From NCBI GenBank assembly GCA_963842805.1, contig CAWJIA010000016.1, positions 179,191-243,190 on the forward strand: DNA of 64,000 nt. Reading direction: 5' to 3'. The position numbers and the translations under genes are program-made. Shown piece after piece: positions 38,159 through 47,381 of the stretch (its first letter is position 1; each line of letters begins with the position of its first letter). Under the pieces are notes generated by a model. It was not told the DNA's origin. It saw nothing but the letters and a program-made list of their open reading frames with translations, and did no database searches. This DNA comes from an uncultured Chloroflexia bacterium. GTDB lineage: Bacteria > Chloroflexota > Dehalococcoidia > GIF9 > UBA5629.

Positions 38159-38462
38159 CGTTAACACTCCTCCTACGGACTAAATTAATCCGGGATTTCT
38201 AACCCTCCCCAGTCTTAGCATAACAACCTATTGAGATTCTACTACCGCAACAGTCGATTTACCAGAGATTCATAATTTAGGAATACTCTTAACCGCATTA
38301 TGGCAATAGCGGCATGTATGTTAATCCATGAAAAATGCATACACTACTAGCAAATGGAGTTAATCTTCAGGGCTTCGAAACGTCCGAAGAATTAAGTCCT
38401 ATAACAATTGATTACGTTCTTAAAAAACAAGCTTGATTTAACTTAACCAGACATTCCTTAAA

Positions 38463-38729
38463 TTAAATTTCTTCGGTATATGGCGCCCAGCAAAGCGTCC
38501 CGTTGGGATGCTCTTCCTGGCTCTCGGCCTCGGCATCGTCAAATGAGTACACCTCACCATCCCTGGCCGTGCACTCTTCGTCATCGAATCCGGTCAGGTT
38601 ATCCATAGCTTGCAGGCCGGTAACGGCATCGGACTGCCGGTAACTCTCAATAGTCGATATGTTCTGGGCATACTTAGTCTCGGTTTGAGCTATAACTCTG
38701 GCCCGTTCGCTAATGCTAGACCAGGGGCC
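38463..38729 (-). pseudogene. C-terminal fragment of phage head morphogenesis protein (Mu gpF / SPP1 gp7-like)
   Basis: Manual translation (absent from the ORF track): GPWSSISERARVIAQTETKYAQNISTIESY...DEECTARDGEVYS...HPNGTLCWAPYTEEI*; no start codon, frame closed by a TAG inside the right inverted repeat. Confidence 0.75.
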
Positions 38730-38796
38730 ACATCCCTATGTCATTCAATTAGTTGCTACACCTCAGCAAACGGATTAAAATAATCTAACCCCCATT

Positions 38797-39837
38797 ATGA
38801 AGGCTATTATTCTCGTGGGCGGCGAAGGCACCAGGCTCCGCCCGTTGACTTATAACGTAGTTAAATCCATGGTGCCGGTTGTCAACAAACCGTTCATCGA
38901 GCACGTCATCCGCCGGCTGGCGGCACATGGCATAAATGAGATCGTGCTTGCCATGGGTTACAAGCCCGACTCCATTTTCGAGCATTTCCGCAAGAGCAGC
39001 GCGCTGGATATCAAGCTCACCTACAGCCTGGAGGAGAAGCCGCTGGGCACGGCGGGGGCTGTCAGGCATGCCGGCAGCCAGCTGAATGAGACATTTTTCG
39101 TTCTCAACGGCGACGTTTACACTGACATCGACTACACCGATATGCTGAATTTCCACAGGCGCAATAAGGCCAGGGCTACCATTGCCCTGACCAGGGTGGA
39201 AGATCCGACCAAATTCGGCGTCGTCGAGACAGACCAAAACGGCCGTGTGCAGCGCTTCATCGAAAAACCGTCCTGGGACAAGGTAACCAGCCACTGGATA
39301 AATGCAGGCATATATATACTCGAGCCGGGCGTTCTTAACTATATTCCCGAAGGTGAATTCTATATGTTCGAGCGCGGCGTTTTCCCCGACATGCTGGAAA
39401 AGAGGGAACCCGTCTACGCTTATACCAGCGATGCTTACTGGATCGATATGGGAACGCCCGAAAAATATCACCAGTTGAACTGCAATATCCTCGGAGGTGC
39501 CTGCGCTTCACTACTACATAATGGCGATAAGGTTATAATCGACAGCAGCAGCAAGGTGCACCCCACCGCCCGCATAACAGCGCCAGTCATAATTGACGGC
39601 AACTGTGTGATAGAAGAAAGGGTCGAGTTAACGGGTCCCGTAGTTCTGGGAAAAGGCTGCCTGATAAAAAAGGGCGCCGTCATAGAGAATTCCCTCCTGT
39701 GGGATAACGTCACCGTAGGCAAAAACGCATCTATTATTAGCAGTATTCTGGCAAGTGGTGTTAAGATTAAAGACAAAGTCCGGCTGGAAGGACAGACTCT
39801 TAACCAGGAACCCGGCAACGCGGCCGACAAGAATTAA
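38797..39837 (+). CDS. NDP-sugar synthase (mannose-1-phosphate guanylyltransferase family)
   Basis: LVGGEGTRLRPLT, PLGTAGA, NGD, FIEKP, INAGIY, WIDMGTP, left-handed beta-helix tail. Confidence 0.92.
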   Translation: MKAIILVGGEGTRLRPLTYNVVKSMVPVVNKPFIEHVIRRLAAHGINEIVLAMGYKPDSIFEHFRKSSALDIKLTYSLEEKPLGTAGAVRHAGSQLNETFFVLNGDVYTDIDYTDMLNFHRRNKARATIALTRVEDPTKFGVVETDQNGRVQRFIEKPSWDKVTSHWINAGIYILEPGVLNYIPEGEFYMFERGVFPDMLEKREPVYAYTSDAYWIDMGTPEKYHQLNCNILGGACASLLHNGDKVIIDSSSKVHPTARITAPVIIDGNCVIEERVELTGPVVLGKGCLIKKGAVIENSLLWDNVTVGKNASIISSILASGVKIKDKVRLEGQTLNQEPGNAADKN

Positions 39838-39855
39838 ACTACACTCGGAGGCGAA

Positions 39856-40188
39856 ATGACCGCAAATATCAAAGATGTTGGAGAAAAGGATTTCAAATCG
39901 GCTGTCCTTGAATCCCAAAAACCTGTGCTGGTTGATTTCTGGGCCATATGGTGCGGGCCGTGCCGCATGGTAGCCCCCATCATCGACGAGCTGTCTGTGG
40001 AATACAAGGATAAGATGGAATTCGCCAAGGTCAATGTGGACGAGTCGCCCATGATAGCTTCGACTTATTCGGTTATGAGCATACCGACCATCATCGTTTT
40101 TAAAGAGGGCAAACCTTTTGAGCAGGTCGTCGGCTACCGGCCCAAGAAGGATATACAGAAAGTCCTGGAAAAGGTCTTAGGACAATAG
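39856..40188 (+). CDS. trxA: thioredoxin
   Basis: [15 protein letters not shown]. Confidence 0.96.
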   Translation: MTANIKDVGEKDFKSAVLESQKPVLVDFWAIWCGPCRMVAPIIDELSVEYKDKMEFAKVNVDESPMIASTYSVMSIPTIIVFKEGKPFEQVVGYRPKKDIQKVLEKVLGQ

Positions 40189-40195
40189 GTACCCA

Positions 40196-40891
40196 TTGAC
40201 AGATATACATTACTGGACTGCCTTCGGCGCCGGCCTGCTGTCGTTTTTTTCGCCCTGTGTGCTGCCTCTCGTTCCCGCCTACATTGCCAACCTGGCGGGC
40301 GCTTCGGCCATCGCATCGAACGAAAACAGGCGGATGTGGCCAACTCTGCTGCACAGTATATCCTTCATTCTGGGTTTTTCGATCTTGTTCATCCTGATGG
40401 GCGCCTGTGCCGGCCTGATCGGCTCGGCCATGACAATCTACGCCGAGCCTATACGCATAGTCTCCGGTATCGTAGTCATCCTTTTCGGCATCTTCCTGGT
40501 AGCCGCTTACAAAATACCCTGGCTCAATTATGAGAAACGCCTGCATGTGCAGCATTCCAGCAACCCGGGCTATATCAGGTCCGCCCTCATAGGGGCGGCT
40601 TTTGCCGTAGGCTGGACGCCCTGTATAGGCCCGATACTGGGGTCCATCCTCTTCATAGCCTGCTATACACAGGAGACGATGAAGGGGGCTGCACTGCTGG
40701 CAACATATTCACTCGGCCTGGGCATACCTTTCCTGCTGATCGGGTTGGCCTGGAGCTACGTGGTGCCCTTCTGGAAAGGCATTACACGTTACATGGGAGT
40801 TATTTCCATCATCAGCGGAATATTGCTTATAATTGTCGGTATACTGATGCTTACCAACCAGCTTACCTGGCTAAGCCGTTTCGCATCATAA
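40196..40891 (+). CDS. ccdA: CcdA/DsbD-type transmembrane disulfide reductant transporter
   Basis: SFFSPCVLPLVP and GWTPCIGPILG motifs; 6 TM. Confidence 0.93.
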   Translation: MTDIHYWTAFGAGLLSFFSPCVLPLVPAYIANLAGASAIASNENRRMWPTLLHSISFILGFSILFILMGACAGLIGSAMTIYAEPIRIVSGIVVILFGIFLVAAYKIPWLNYEKRLHVQHSSNPGYIRSALIGAAFAVGWTPCIGPILGSILFIACYTQETMKGAALLATYSLGLGIPFLLIGLAWSYVVPFWKGITRYMGVISIISGILLIIVGILMLTNQLTWLSRFAS

Positions 40892-40920
40892 TACGTTAAC
40901 TACGGAGGAGAAGGCTTATT

Positions 40921-41439
40921 ATGAAATTCTTCTTTTCAGCTCTGCTTGGAATAGTGATATGCTGTGCCTTTCTGGCTGGTTGCGGGGGGGCTGCGGCCTG
41001 CCCCAGGATCGGCGATCCGGCCCCCAACTTTACACTGCCCACCTATGACGGCAAAACCATCAGCCTGAGCGATTATGCCGGCAAGCCCGTGATCATCAAT
41101 ACCTGGTCCGTTAGCTGTATCGAGTGCAAAGAGGAGATGCCCTATTTTAAGGAAATCTGCGATGAATATATCCCGCAGGGCCTGGTTTTTCTCTCTGTAA
41201 ACACGAATGACAGCATGAGCGTCGCCAAAGACTTCTTATCCCAAAACGGCTATAGCTTCACCGTGCTGTTCGATAGGGAAAATTGGACCATCTGGAAGAC
41301 CTACTGCTGCCCCAAGGATGCCGACCCCAACACTTTCTTTATCGGCAGGGATGGCATCATCAAATCCATAAAAATCGGCGGATTTGCCAGCAAAGACGAT
41401 CTTGTAAATGAAGTAACAAAGATAATGGGCGGCTCCTAA
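40921..41439 (+). CDS. TlpA/ResA-like thiol-disulfide oxidoreductase lipoprotein
   Basis: Lipobox LAGC, APNFTL, WSVSCIECKEEMP, PNTFFI. Confidence 0.88.
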   Translation: MKFFFSALLGIVICCAFLAGCGGAAACPRIGDPAPNFTLPTYDGKTISLSDYAGKPVIINTWSVSCIECKEEMPYFKEICDEYIPQGLVFLSVNTNDSMSVAKDFLSQNGYSFTVLFDRENWTIWKTYCCPKDADPNTFFIGRDGIIKSIKIGGFASKDDLVNEVTKIMGGS

Positions 41440-41466
41440 ATCAGCAGTTAAATTGGAACTATCCCG

Positions 41467-42054
41467 ATGAATATGTCCAAAATCCCGCTATTTCTGTGGA
41501 TACTGCTGGCTATATTGCTGGTTTCGCTGGCGATCGTTGCCGTTGTCGACCGGGTCTACCACGGATCACCTCAGGCTGTGCAGTCCCAGGCCCTGCATTC
41601 TGCAAAGAATGAACCTGAGGATATCGTAGTAGGCAATAAGATCGGCGATACTGCGCCCGACTTCACGCTTGAGACAATCGACGGCCGTCAAATAAGCCTC
41701 AGCGATTACCGCGGGAAGAATGTAATCTTGAATTTCTGGGCTTCCTGGTGCGGGCCCTGCCGCTTCGAGACGTCCACCGTGGAGGCCATACATGAAGCAT
41801 GGTCGGATAAGGGTGTGGTGGTGCTGGGAGTCAATTTGCAGGACAGCTTCGATAATGCGCTCAGCTACGCCAAGGCCTATAACCTGAAGTTTACCATACC
41901 GGTCGATGTCCCGGGAGACGCAGTACGCCTTTATGGTATCCACGGCATTCCCACCACCTTCTTCATCAACCGTGAGGGTATAATCACCGCAATTAAAGTC
42001 GGCCCTTTTATCAGCACGGACGAAGTGGAAGAGATGATGGCCTCGTTTAAATAG
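41467..42054 (+). CDS. membrane-anchored TlpA/ResA-like oxidoreductase
   Basis: N-terminal TM, APDFTL, NFWASWCGPC, IPTTFFI. Confidence 0.9.
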   Translation: MNMSKIPLFLWILLAILLVSLAIVAVVDRVYHGSPQAVQSQALHSAKNEPEDIVVGNKIGDTAPDFTLETIDGRQISLSDYRGKNVILNFWASWCGPCRFETSTVEAIHEAWSDKGVVVLGVNLQDSFDNALSYAKAYNLKFTIPVDVPGDAVRLYGIHGIPTTFFINREGIITAIKVGPFISTDEVEEMMASFK

Positions 42055-42182
42055 CCTTCCCGTCCCATAAATCGGGTTATAGTACATCCGGTTACAGACA
42101 GATATATTCAATTCCGTTTATTGTAGGTGTATAATTCGTATAATCAACAGGTATTGATACTTTTGACTAACGCATCTGTCTA

Positions 42183-44660
42183 ATGGAAGATATTAAAAAC
42201 GTATTCGAAAAGATTAAAAAGGCCGAGGCAATCCTGGGCGAACTGGACAGGAAACGTGGTGAGAACGCAGTTGAAAATAATGCCCTGGCCAAATTAGACA
42301 AAGAATATCTGAACAATATCGCTAACGCCAGGCATACCCTTGCCTCCATCAAGGCAAAACTGAGCAAAGAGCTGGCCGTCAGGATACGGGAGCTGGATAA
42401 ATGCCAGGAAGACCTGGCCATGCTTGACGCAAGGTTAAAGAGCGGGGAAATTACCGAGGAGCAGCACCAGACTAAAGGCAAACATCTTATTGAAAAAATT
42501 AAAATTCTGGAACACAAAGTTACTGACACCCAGAGTCTGATAGCAGCCAAATTTGCCGAAAACATAGCTCCCGTAATACAATCTGGGAAAGCATTGGTGA
42601 TTGCCGGGCCTATAATTGATATAGCTCCGACGGCCCAAAAAGCAGTTGAAAGCCCCTCAGAAGAGAATATAAAGGAAACAGAAAAAATTGAGGAGAAAGT
42701 CCCCGAAATCGAAGGGGTCAAGGCCGGTGAACCGGAACAGGGCGTTCCGCCGATAAAGGAGCCGGTTGAACCAAAGGATGCTGAAAAAGACCTGGTTCCG
42801 GAAAAAGAAAGCCCCGCAAAAGAAAAAATAACAGAGATAGAGAAATTTGAGGAGAAAGCTCCGGAAAAGGAAGATATACGTACGATGGAACCCGAACAAA
42901 ACGTGCCTGAAATAGTGAAGAAGGAAGAACAAAAGGAAGCTGAAACGGCATCAATGCCGGTCGGCGGAGATACAATAAAGGCTAAGTCCCCCAAGGGCCG
43001 CAAGCCTTCGCTGCACATCCACCCACTCAAGGTAGAAGCGATTCCAAAGGTACATATGTCTATACTCGATTTGATGAAGAAAAACCGGACCCTGACCACA
43101 ATTCTGGCGGCCATTGCTCTGGGACTGCTTGCCTGGGGAGCTATGGCGCTATTCATACCGAGGCCCGGTTCCAACGTCGGCAACGTAGCCCCTGACTTCG
43201 TTATGCAGCTCAGCGATAATAAGACTTCGGCGCTAAGTTCGTTCAGAGGGAAAAATGTTATCGTAGTCTTCTGGGACCGTGACTTCTGGGACGGCCAGTT
43301 TTTCTATGTAAATGGAGTGCAGCACAAGCTGTACACGCCCGACAGGTTAAATGAGTTATATGCTAAATATCAAGGCTCTGATCTTGCCATCATAGCTATC
43401 GCTTCAGGTACCAATAACAATGAGATCGACAGGTTGATACAAGATTACGGAATAGAGTTTCCTGTCATCGTCGATCCCTTCGGTAAACTTCGAGCCAGCT
43501 ACGATGTATCCTATGAGCCGACTTTTTTCTTCCTGGATAAAGGTGGTGTGATACGCTCGAGAGTAGAAGGCCCTATATTGAATACCTCCGACTTCGAACA
43601 GATATTGTATGGCGTAAACAATAATAGTGAGATCAAGCAGATAAAACCACCTGTAACGGACGTTCTCATACAATCCGTAACTGAAAAATCTGCGGCCGTA
43701 AATTGGTCTACCGATTCTCCCACGACCACACAGCTGGATGTAGACGGTAAAAATATTCTTTCGGTAATAACTCCCTCTCCCCAGACCATTCACTCTCTAA
43801 CATTAAGAGACCTATCACCCAGCACATCCTATCGCATAAGGATCCTGTACAACATAAATAATATAAACGTTTCGGAGCACTCGTTTGGGGCTCTCGCAGA
43901 TACGATAGTCTCAAAACGCTACCTGGTGACAACATCGAACAACGATACCAGCCCCCCGGAGATTTCCAATATAAGTACCAGCTTCGTTACTGATTCATCT
44001 ATCACCGTGAGCTGGAAAACCGATGAACCAACTACAGGGTTGATTGAATACGGCGAAAACTCCACGTACTCCGATATGGCAACCCAGATCGAACCATTAT
44101 CGATCTGGCATACGGTTAAAATAGACGGGCTGCAGGCTGATACACTGTATTACCTGCAACTTGAGTCCAAGGATGCCAGCGGAAAACAGAGCGTCCTGGC
44201 GATCGAACCCATCCAAACGCAGAGCATAGGGGAAGTCGCCTCAACGGTCGGCAAACGCGCCCCTGATTTCTCGTTATACTCCACCGACGGCACCAGGTAT
44301 ACCTTGAGTCAATTCTTCGGACACCCGATCTTGCTTAATTTCTGGCTGGAAGGTTGCCCCGCATGCGAATCGGAAATGCCCCTGATTCAGGCGGCCTACG
44401 ACAAATACAGCCGTGACCAGCTAACCATACTGGCCGTCAATGTGCACGGGGACCCAGATAAGGTCACATATTACCTGGCTCAAGGAAAATTCACCTTCCC
44501 GGTACTGATGGATTCGGAAGGCAATGTCGACGGGATTTACAAAGCACCCTATTTCCCCACCACATACTTGATCGACTCCAAAGGTATTATCCGGCAGATA
44601 GTAGGAGAACGGTTCCAGTCTATCGGCGAGATTGACGACGCACTGAAAAAGTTAGAGTAA
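42183..44660 (+). CDS. multidomain membrane protein: coiled coil, acidic linker, TM, Cys-less redoxin, 2x FN3-like, TlpA redoxin
   Basis: Heptad-rich N-terminus; E/K/P-rich linker; TM near aa 305-325; APDF...VFWDRDFW...PTFFFLD; W.TD.PT...H...L..L...T.Y twice; APDFSL...NFWLEGCPACESEMP...PTTYLID. Confidence 0.82.
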   Translation: MEDIKNVFEKIKKAEAILGELDRKRGENAVENNALAKLDKEYLNNIANARHTLASIKAKLSKELAVRIRELDKCQEDLAMLDARLKSGEITEEQHQTKGKHLIEKIKILEHKVTDTQSLIAAKFAENIAPVIQSGKALVIAGPIIDIAPTAQKAVESPSEENIKETEKIEEKVPEIEGVKAGEPEQGVPPIKEPVEPKDAEKDLVPEKESPAKEKITEIEKFEEKAPEKEDIRTMEPEQNVPEIVKKEEQKEAETASMPVGGDTIKAKSPKGRKPSLHIHPLKVEAIPKVHMSILDLMKKNRTLTTILAAIALGLLAWGAMALFIPRPGSNVGNVAPDFVMQLSDNKTSALSSFRGKNVIVVFWDRDFWDGQFFYVNGVQHKLYTPDRLNELYAKYQGSDLAIIAIASGTNNNEIDRLIQDYGIEFPVIVDPFGKLRASYDVSYEPTFFFLDKGGVIRSRVEGPILNTSDFEQILYGVNNNSEIKQIKPPVTDVLIQSVTEKSAAVNWSTDSPTTTQLDVDGKNILSVITPSPQTIHSLTLRDLSPSTSYRIRILYNINNINVSEHSFGALADTIVSKRYLVTTSNNDTSPPEISNISTSFVTDSSITVSWKTDEPTTGLIEYGENSTYSDMATQIEPLSIWHTVKIDGLQADTLYYLQLESKDASGKQSVLAIEPIQTQSIGEVASTVGKRAPDFSLYSTDGTRYTLSQFFGHPILLNFWLEGCPACESEMPLIQAAYDKYSRDQLTILAVNVHGDPDKVTYYLAQGKFTFPVLMDSEGNVDGIYKAPYFPTTYLIDSKGIIRQIVGERFQSIGEIDDALKKLE

Positions 44661-44691
44661 TATAAATACCGGGCTCTTTCGTTTTCAGGTT

Positions 44692-45726
44692 GTGGAAATG
44701 GAAAGTAAAAGCCGCTTCATCATCTGGATCTTCGCCCTGCTGTTTCTGATTGCCTTCGGAACCCTCGGTTATATGGGCATCGAAAAATGGAATGCTTTCG
44801 ATGCCTTTTATATGACAGTCGTAACCATTTCCACGGTCGGTTTCATGGAAATCCACCCTCTTTCGTCTTCCGGCCGTATCTTTACAACCGTCCTTATTCT
44901 GGGTGGAGTTGGGACGGCATTTTACATCCTGACGTCTATCGTACGTGTGACACTAGAAGGCGAATTTGGGACATTCGGGAGGCGCCGTATGGAATCCAGA
45001 ATTAAAAAACTAGACCAGCATTTCATTGTTTGCGGCTATGGCCGCGTCGGCGAAGCTATAGCAAGCACGCTCAAATTACAGAAAGCGAATTTTGTAGTCA
45101 TCGATCACAGTTTGAATAGCTATACCAGGGCAGTGCAGCAGGACTGCCTGACCATCATGGACGATGCCACTAACCACGATGTTCTCAAGCGGGCCGGTAT
45201 CCTTAAAGCCAAAAGCCTTATAACCGCCTTCGGTGACGATGCCTATAATACCTATGCCGTATTGACCGCCCGTGAGATCAATCCCCGGTTGATCATTATA
45301 GGCAGAGCCAGCAATGACGAAGCAGCCAAACGGCTGAAGCAGGCAGGCGCTACCCATATCATCCTGCCGGAAGTCATAGGAGGGTTACAGATGGCCAGGC
45401 TTGCTCTGCGCCCTACTACAGTCCAGTTTGTGGAAACCGTGCTATCAGGAGGGGAACGGGAGTATCTGGTGGAAGAGATCTATGTGAGCGAGAATTCCAC
45501 ACTTATCGGCAAAAGAATAAAAGAAGTTGAAGAGCGTTTCCCCGGTGTGCGCATACTGGCCGTCAAGGAGAGAGATGGCAACCTTCATATTAATCCCAGC
45601 CTGACCATGGCAATTGTAGCTGGCGGCAACCTTACCGCCTTCGGCACCATGGAACAACTGCAGGCCGTGGAAGGCTGCTGTTCGTTTAACCGTGATCAGG
45701 CCAGGGTTGTGACGCCAGACCTGTGA
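44692..45726 (+). CDS. potassium channel protein (2-TM pore, TrkA-N and TrkA-C/RCK)
   Basis: AFYMTVVTISTVGF pore signature, IVCGYGRVG Rossmann motif. Confidence 0.92.
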   Translation: MEMESKSRFIIWIFALLFLIAFGTLGYMGIEKWNAFDAFYMTVVTISTVGFMEIHPLSSSGRIFTTVLILGGVGTAFYILTSIVRVTLEGEFGTFGRRRMESRIKKLDQHFIVCGYGRVGEAIASTLKLQKANFVVIDHSLNSYTRAVQQDCLTIMDDATNHDVLKRAGILKAKSLITAFGDDAYNTYAVLTAREINPRLIIIGRASNDEAAKRLKQAGATHIILPEVIGGLQMARLALRPTTVQFVETVLSGGEREYLVEEIYVSENSTLIGKRIKEVEERFPGVRILAVKERDGNLHINPSLTMAIVAGGNLTAFGTMEQLQAVEGCCSFNRDQARVVTPDL

Positions 45727-45785
45727 ACGACACACGTAAGCAACCAATCAAAGACCGCTAAACGGCGGAAGAACAGGGGAGTATA

Positions 45786-46427
45786 ATGACCATTTTATAT
45801 GTAATTTTAGGCATCCTGGGTTTTATCATCCTCTGGCAGATCTTATTAAGGCTGGTACGCAGGTTCGCCAAATTCCCGGCTCCTGCCTTTATGGGCAACT
45901 TGCTAGATTCGGATTTCCGCAAGAAAATGGAGCCGCCCTCCCGTGTCATTGCCGGCAGCGGCATCATGCCGGGAATGCAGGTGCTGGAAATCGGCTGCGG
46001 CCCCGGCACATTCACCCTGGATGCCGCCCGGGCTACTGGAGATAAGGGAAAAGTCTATGCGCTCGACATTCAGGAAGATATGCTCAAACAACTGCAAGAG
46101 AAATTATCTCTCCCGGAAAACAGCGATATCAAAAATATCGAATTCCTGCATAATAGCGCCTACGAATTACCCCTGGCAGAAAGTTCGCTTGACCTGGTTT
46201 TCATGGTGACGGTATTTCAGGAAATACCCGATAAACAACGCGCCCTGAGTGAATTTAAACGCGTTCTCAAACCGTCCGCCGTCCTGGCCATCTCGGAGTG
46301 GATAGTGGACCCTGACTATCCCTGGATGTCGACCACCCGGCGCATGGTGGAAAAAGGGGGATTTATTTATTGTGGATTCTCTGGCAACCTGTGGAACTAT
46401 ACTGTAAGATTTAGAAAACCGGGTTAA
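45786..46427 (+). CDS. class I SAM-dependent methyltransferase with N-terminal TM
   Basis: VLEIGCGPG, ALDIQ, DLVF, RVLKP. Confidence 0.9.
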   Translation: MTILYVILGILGFIILWQILLRLVRRFAKFPAPAFMGNLLDSDFRKKMEPPSRVIAGSGIMPGMQVLEIGCGPGTFTLDAARATGDKGKVYALDIQEDMLKQLQEKLSLPENSDIKNIEFLHNSAYELPLAESSLDLVFMVTVFQEIPDKQRALSEFKRVLKPSAVLAISEWIVDPDYPWMSTTRRMVEKGGFIYCGFSGNLWNYTVRFRKPG

Positions 46428-46454
46428 CTTATTTTTGCTTAAAAGGATGAGTTA

Positions 46455-47357
46455 ATGAGCCTGCGTACAAAAAAAATACTTCTCTTCATCGGCCTTACTT
46501 TTCTGCTGGACTGGTTGATGGTCCTGCTATATGTGGCCATGGGAGGCAGGGATGAGGGTCTGCCCTTCCTGGCTACCGTCTATATGTTTGTGCCCATGAT
46601 CATAGCTTTCGTCGTTCAGAAAGGAATTTTTAAAGAGCCCATCATTCAGCCGCTGGGCATCTCTTTCAAAATAAACTCCTGGTTCTTCGTAGCCTGGTTC
46701 CTGCCGGTTATCATAGCCTTTGCGGCCATGGGGGTTAGCCTGCTGTTGCCGGGGGTCCGATTCACGCCTGATATGTCGGGATTTCTCAGCACACTGACCG
46801 GCTTGCTAACTCCGGAGCAGATGGACCAGGTCAGACAACAATTGGCCGCTTTCACTGTTCATCCCATCTGGTTGGGGGTCCTGGTGGCCCTGATAGCCGG
46901 CACAACGATCAATGCGGTGCTGGGCTTCGGTGAAGAGTTGGGATGGAGGGGCTTCCTATTAAAGCAGCTTGGATTTATGGGTTTCTGGAAATCATCCGCT
47001 CTAATCGGCCTCATCTGGGGGATATGGCATGCGCCGCTGATAATGCTGGGACTCAATTACCCCGATCATCCGCAGGTCGGTGTATTGATGATGGTTATCT
47101 GGGTCATGGTAATCTCTCCCCTCTTCAGCTATATACGTCTCAAAGCCCGTTCCGTTATCGCCAGCTCGGTTTTCCACGGAACTATCAACGCCGTCCCGCT
47201 GCTGGCAATCCTGCTTATTGCGGGCGGCAACGATCTGACTGTCGGCATCATGGGACTGGCCGGTATCATAGTTTTTGCCCTGGCGGACATTTGCCTGTTC
47301 GTATTTGATCGCTTTCTGACCAAAGAGCCTGTAAACCAGATTATTAAAAACATATAG
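46455..47357 (+). CDS. CPBP/Abi (CAAX protease-like) intramembrane metalloprotease
   Basis: GEELGWRGFL, WGIWH, FHGTIN. Confidence 0.92.
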   Translation: MSLRTKKILLFIGLTFLLDWLMVLLYVAMGGRDEGLPFLATVYMFVPMIIAFVVQKGIFKEPIIQPLGISFKINSWFFVAWFLPVIIAFAAMGVSLLLPGVRFTPDMSGFLSTLTGLLTPEQMDQVRQQLAAFTVHPIWLGVLVALIAGTTINAVLGFGEELGWRGFLLKQLGFMGFWKSSALIGLIWGIWHAPLIMLGLNYPDHPQVGVLMMVIWVMVISPLFSYIRLKARSVIASSVFHGTINAVPLLAILLIAGGNDLTVGIMGLAGIIVFALADICLFVFDRFLTKEPVNQIIKNI

Positions 47358-47381
47358 TCGAAATGCGCTGACTCGAAACTT

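Larger units (their letters stand above)
35361..38743. mobile_element. inverted-repeat-bounded cassette carrying a prophage head-module remnant and two cargo genes
   Basis: TGCCATAGGGATGTG (35361-35375) and CACATCCCTATGTCA (38729-38743) form a 14/15 inverted repeat; interior visibly more AT-rich; phage-like fragments at both ends; no transposase or integrase and no target duplication seen. Confidence 0.6.

Noticed and set aside
42167-43183. 338-aa antisense ORF, and similar long antisense ORFs such as 6162..7016, 19856..20653, 38785..39471 and 61513..62340
   Set aside because: Shadow frames of well-supported genes; composition mirrors the sense codons.
39856-44660. Selenocysteine (UGA) read-through in the redoxin genes
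   Set aside because: All active sites are ordinary CxxC in uninterrupted ORFs, and the Cys-less domain contains no in-frame TGA.
44692-45726. Non-canonical K+ filter TVGFM instead of TVGYG
   Set aside because: Variation at these positions is common among bacterial RCK-domain channel homologues.
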